Shown: positions 60,636-64,000 of the stretch, in pieces
Position numbering within the stretch: position 1 is the first letter of the stretch
How the letters are laid out: every line of letters begins with the position of its first letter
DNA from: Neoechinorhynchus agilis
Lineage: Eukaryota > Animalia > Acanthocephala
Reading direction: 5' to 3'
Length of the DNA: 64,000 nucleotides
Assembly: GCA_051530055.1 (NCBI GenBank)
Contig: CM121341.1
Location: 18,082,784 to 18,146,783, forward strand
Translations under genes and position numbers: made by a program
Notes under the pieces: model-generated
What the model saw: the letters and a program-made list of their open reading frames with translations, nothing else
Databases searched by the model: none
What the model was told of the DNA's origin: nothing

Positions 60636-62333
60636 ATGTCTGACTGGTTTCGCTCTAAAGGATTGGTAGCCGCGCGTGCGATTTCTGATCAATTAAAGAC
60701 TATAAAAGACGACATAATTGGACCGCCAGACGCCTTGGATGATGGCTCAGCCATGTCGCTATATATTAAAGATCTTCAAAAAACAATCCAGTTGCTTCAA
60801 AAAAGATGTCGTGAATTGGAAGCATCATCTTTTAATGGCCACTTTACGGTCGAAAATCAAAAACTTGAAGTTACATGGGATATTGACGAAGTTCAAGCCG
60901 GGATCAGAGATTCCGTTGCGACATTGGATGAATGCATTGAGGAAATTGACCGGGATTACCGGAATCTTCTGGTATGAAATTTTTTGTGCTATTTTAGATA
61001 AATATATGGCGTTTTTCTAGAAATCCGATAAGGCAAATAAAGACCAAATTCGGGAACTTCGAGTTGAATTGGAAGTGTCTGAGTTGAGGCACAACGAGGA
61101 GTTGAAGAGACTGCATACAATAAAAGATGATTTGCGGAATCATGAGATTGACCGACTTCGAGATCAGTTCGCTCAGAGTATGTAAGTTTCGTATAATCCT
61201 TTTTAAGACTTGAATTCGCTGACTTTTTGGTCAATCCGTAAAGGATATTAATTAGCGAGACTATTTGACCAAATGATTGTTCATGTTTTTCATTTCGTGC
61301 GGCCAAGTTGGTTTTTACAAGAACGGAGGCGAACATGTTACGATTTTACCGAGATCTGAACTTTTAAGATCTACTCAAAGCCCGAAAATACCATCTACTT
61401 CCGCCGAATTCTTTAATATAGAGCACTCGAAAACTGTTGTTATAGTCTCATATCTCCGATTGAACAACGAAATCATCATCCTAGTATGATTTTATTTTCA
61501 CTTCTCGTTTATTCGAAGAGCTCACATGCAATCGGAAATATCACACAAGGATGAAAGGATAAACTATCTGGAAAAAAGGTTATTAGATCAAGCAGCTGAT
61601 GCTAGTAGAAGGAACGTTTGCTCCGAGAAGGCCCTTATAGAAATGTATGCCGTCTTAGACGAATTTCAAAGAGGTATGTTTAATTTTTAATAATTACGCA
61701 GAGGTAGCTTGGATTAGAGAAAGAGAAAATGTTTAAACGTTTGACTGATGAACGTGAAACAAGTAGAGTGCAATATATGGATGAATTGGAAAATTTAAGA
61801 AGTCAAAAGGAAGAGAGTGATGTTAGTATTTTTTAACCATTCCGAATTCTCATTTATATTCAGCAACAAAATCGTGAACTTAAAAATCGATTAGAGTGCT
61901 CCGAAGCAAATATTTTCGATCTTAATAAAGCACTCATGAAACAGACGAATTTATGTGAGGAGCTTAGAAATGAGACTGGGGCTCTACATGCAACTCTCCG
62001 GAATTTATCTCCTGCTACTGGAAACCGAATCGAGAAGTAATATGCGTTTTCTTTAATTTTAATGAACTTTTGTATAGATACTTAATTAAACAAATGCTGA
62101 TTTCTTATTGGAAAGCAGACGAACGAGTCCGCTATCAGGCATTGAGGCCCATTCTAAGTGTCCTTGAATTTGAAGAGGGTGAAATGGAAGCCGTATTTAA
62201 CGATTCGTTAAGATCTGAGGTATATGATATCGCTTTTCAATAGTGACCGCTTAAAAAATCATTTCTTTGAACCTTATAGTCGATCGGTCAGATGCTAATA
62301 AAATATGTTGACCAGGAGCCGAATAATAGGTGA
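60636..62333 (+). CDS. TRIP11-like: Short GMAP-210/TRIP11-like golgin (coiled coil plus C-terminal GRAB-like domain), 7 exons, about 375 aa
   Basis: N-terminus MSDWFRSKGL...ISDQLKTIKDDII resembles the GMAP-210 amphipathic start. Spliced C-terminus IEKYLIKQMLISYWKADERVRYQALRPILSVLEFEEGEMEAVF matches the GRAB pattern. Exon phases are consistent. Confidence 0.7.
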
Positions 62334-62769
62334 TCTTGTGTATGATGATGTGTAAAGCGAATGTTTAACCAATTAAAGTTTGAAGTACCGAACATTAAAT
62401 CTTCTTTGACTTAAAAGGGGTAGAGAATGTGTTCTCTCGAACGGTTTACAAATTCTCACAAAAACAGTATAAGGAAGTGTGCTAAATCCAAAAATGTATC
62501 GTATGTTATCACTAATAATCGCAATTGTTCTAACGATTCAATTTGGCTAAACAATCGAATCGGTTGCAAATGAAGTATTGTTGATGGTATAAAAGGTGGG
62601 AAGGAATCAACTTTCTATAAATGAAGAATTTTCCTCCTTAGAAGATACCTGATTTACCAAAAAACTTTTAGATTTTTATCTTCAGGGGAAAATATACTTT
62701 CTTTTGGTAGTTATACACACCCGGATGTAAATTCCTATATTTATTGTCGATATTTCGTCGGATAATTCC

Positions 62770-64000
62770 GACATTATCAAGACCTATCATTGATTGTAAG
62801 TTTTTAAATGAATACACTTGCTCGTGCGTCGCCGGTCGTTTCTCTCAATTCCTTCGAGAGATCCTGGAGCACAGTGAGTGCCAAGCTGCCAAGCGCTCCA
62901 TACGTTTCTACTCCGAAGGGGACAAAATAGTGGGCCCTTGCTAATTCCCTATATTTTCGTACCTTCCTCCCTTCCGCTGCACTGGCTGCACCTCCAGGGA
63001 TTTTGAGAGTTTAGAATGTTGCTTACTGCGAGGGTGTCCACACACGTGGCGTCCCAGAGAAGGTATTTGTTCTCTCGCCACGAAAAGACCGAAATTCCGT
63101 CAGGCCGACGACCGTCTAATCGACAAAGATGGACGGGTTCCAAGATGTTGGGGAAGTTCGCCGTTTTAAACACCCAAGAAATTACACTATTGATCTCAGA
63201 ATGGCGTGAGAACCTTCCTCATGACTTTCGGCAAACGAGGACGTGTCGCCCGAAAGTATCAACCAAAGACCCACATCATCGGGAGACCAAGCCTTAAGGA
63301 CACTGCAATCCTCGTTATCTCATCAGTGATAAGAGTTCCCACAGATGCCAGAGGAACAGCCTCCAACCACGCCCCCGATTCTCGTGTCGAAACTGTTAAC
63401 AATCTAGCTCGGATGGCCTCATCGCTAGAAGCTAAAAGTAGAGAGCTGTGAGCTCTCGCGACGAGAAGTCTGTCCCAGGTCGACTGTCCGAGGCCATTCA
63501 CGGTAACATGGTTAGCGGCTTTCTGCTGGCACCAATCTTCAACTGCCACCAAAAAGTCATGGTCAAGACAAAACGTTTCCCTCAGAATTATCTTCGCTAT
63601 CGGTTGACTCCTCTCATACGATCCAAGAAAGGCTGGCAAGGCAAGGTCTACTAGCGCCCAAGTGCCCAATACCCCCAGATGACACAGGCAATGAAGCTTG
63701 TCGCAACGCCTCATCGGAGAGCTGGGCATTTAAAATGCGACCTTGTCGTCGAGCTTAGCCAATCCTTCCTTATGTTTGAAGAATGTTGCCGTGCGAACAA
63801 TTTCGGGATAAAGAGTGCGTTCTTTATCAGAAATAAAGCTTCGTGAGCCGAGAGAGCGCTCACCCTATCGCACAATATGATACGGCCGATCTCAGCTTCC
63901 ACATTTGAATCAAAGACACAGCTACCAAGGAGGCTGAGTTGCTCTGGAGTCACAAGTTTCAGACCTTTAGCTGCGGCCTCGAACCCATCCATTAGACTAG
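62770..64000 (-). mobile_element. CRE-clade element 3' half with internal deletions; runs off the window end
   Basis: HEALFLIKNALFIPK, AWLEAVPLASVG, RLDGRRPDGISVFSW and WDATCVDT; highly similar to the 53.6-56.2 kb copy. Confidence 0.92.

Noticed and set aside
17404-63992. Many 60-190 aa ORF-track entries antisense or off-frame to GST, ABCC, NDUFV1 and TE fragments
   Set aside because: These are shadow ORFs explained by the real coding frame on the other strand or in another frame.
1-64000. CRISPR array, rRNA, snRNA or SL-RNA gene, or a prokaryotic or viral insert
   Set aside because: No regularly spaced repeat-spacer array, rRNA signature, convincing Sm-site RNA or operon-like gene run was seen.

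Overview
Eukaryotic (most likely invertebrate metazoan) genomic DNA with a compact gene structure: AT-rich, with mostly 40-55 nt GT-AG introns. The species cannot be identified from this window. Host genes: tRNA-Glu(CTC), an MRP/ABCC transporter, two tandem 59-aa proline-rich micro-ORFs, a sigma-type GST, a stand-alone chromodomain protein, NDUFV1, a coiled-coil ORF pair, a Tctex-1 family dynein light chain, an orphan ORF, two apparently paralogous 3-TM orphans and a very short GMAP-210/TRIP11-like golgin. A large part of the window is retroelement debris: about 13 fragments of CRE-clade (RT plus restriction-like endonuclease) elements, CR1/L2-type and RTE LINEs, and a hAT MITE. The most unusual non-coding signal is a recurring ~200-bp architecture: direct repeat, inverted arm, hammerhead-ribozyme-like core, arm, short tail, direct repeat. 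It occurs four times, plus one copy without a core, and is probably miniature Penelope-like insertions. There is also a ~480-bp foldback centred on a tRNA-like Pol III promoter. No CRISPR array, rRNA or prokaryotic operon was seen. All alignments, folds and splice models were made by eye. TE boundaries are approximate, to within tens of bp.
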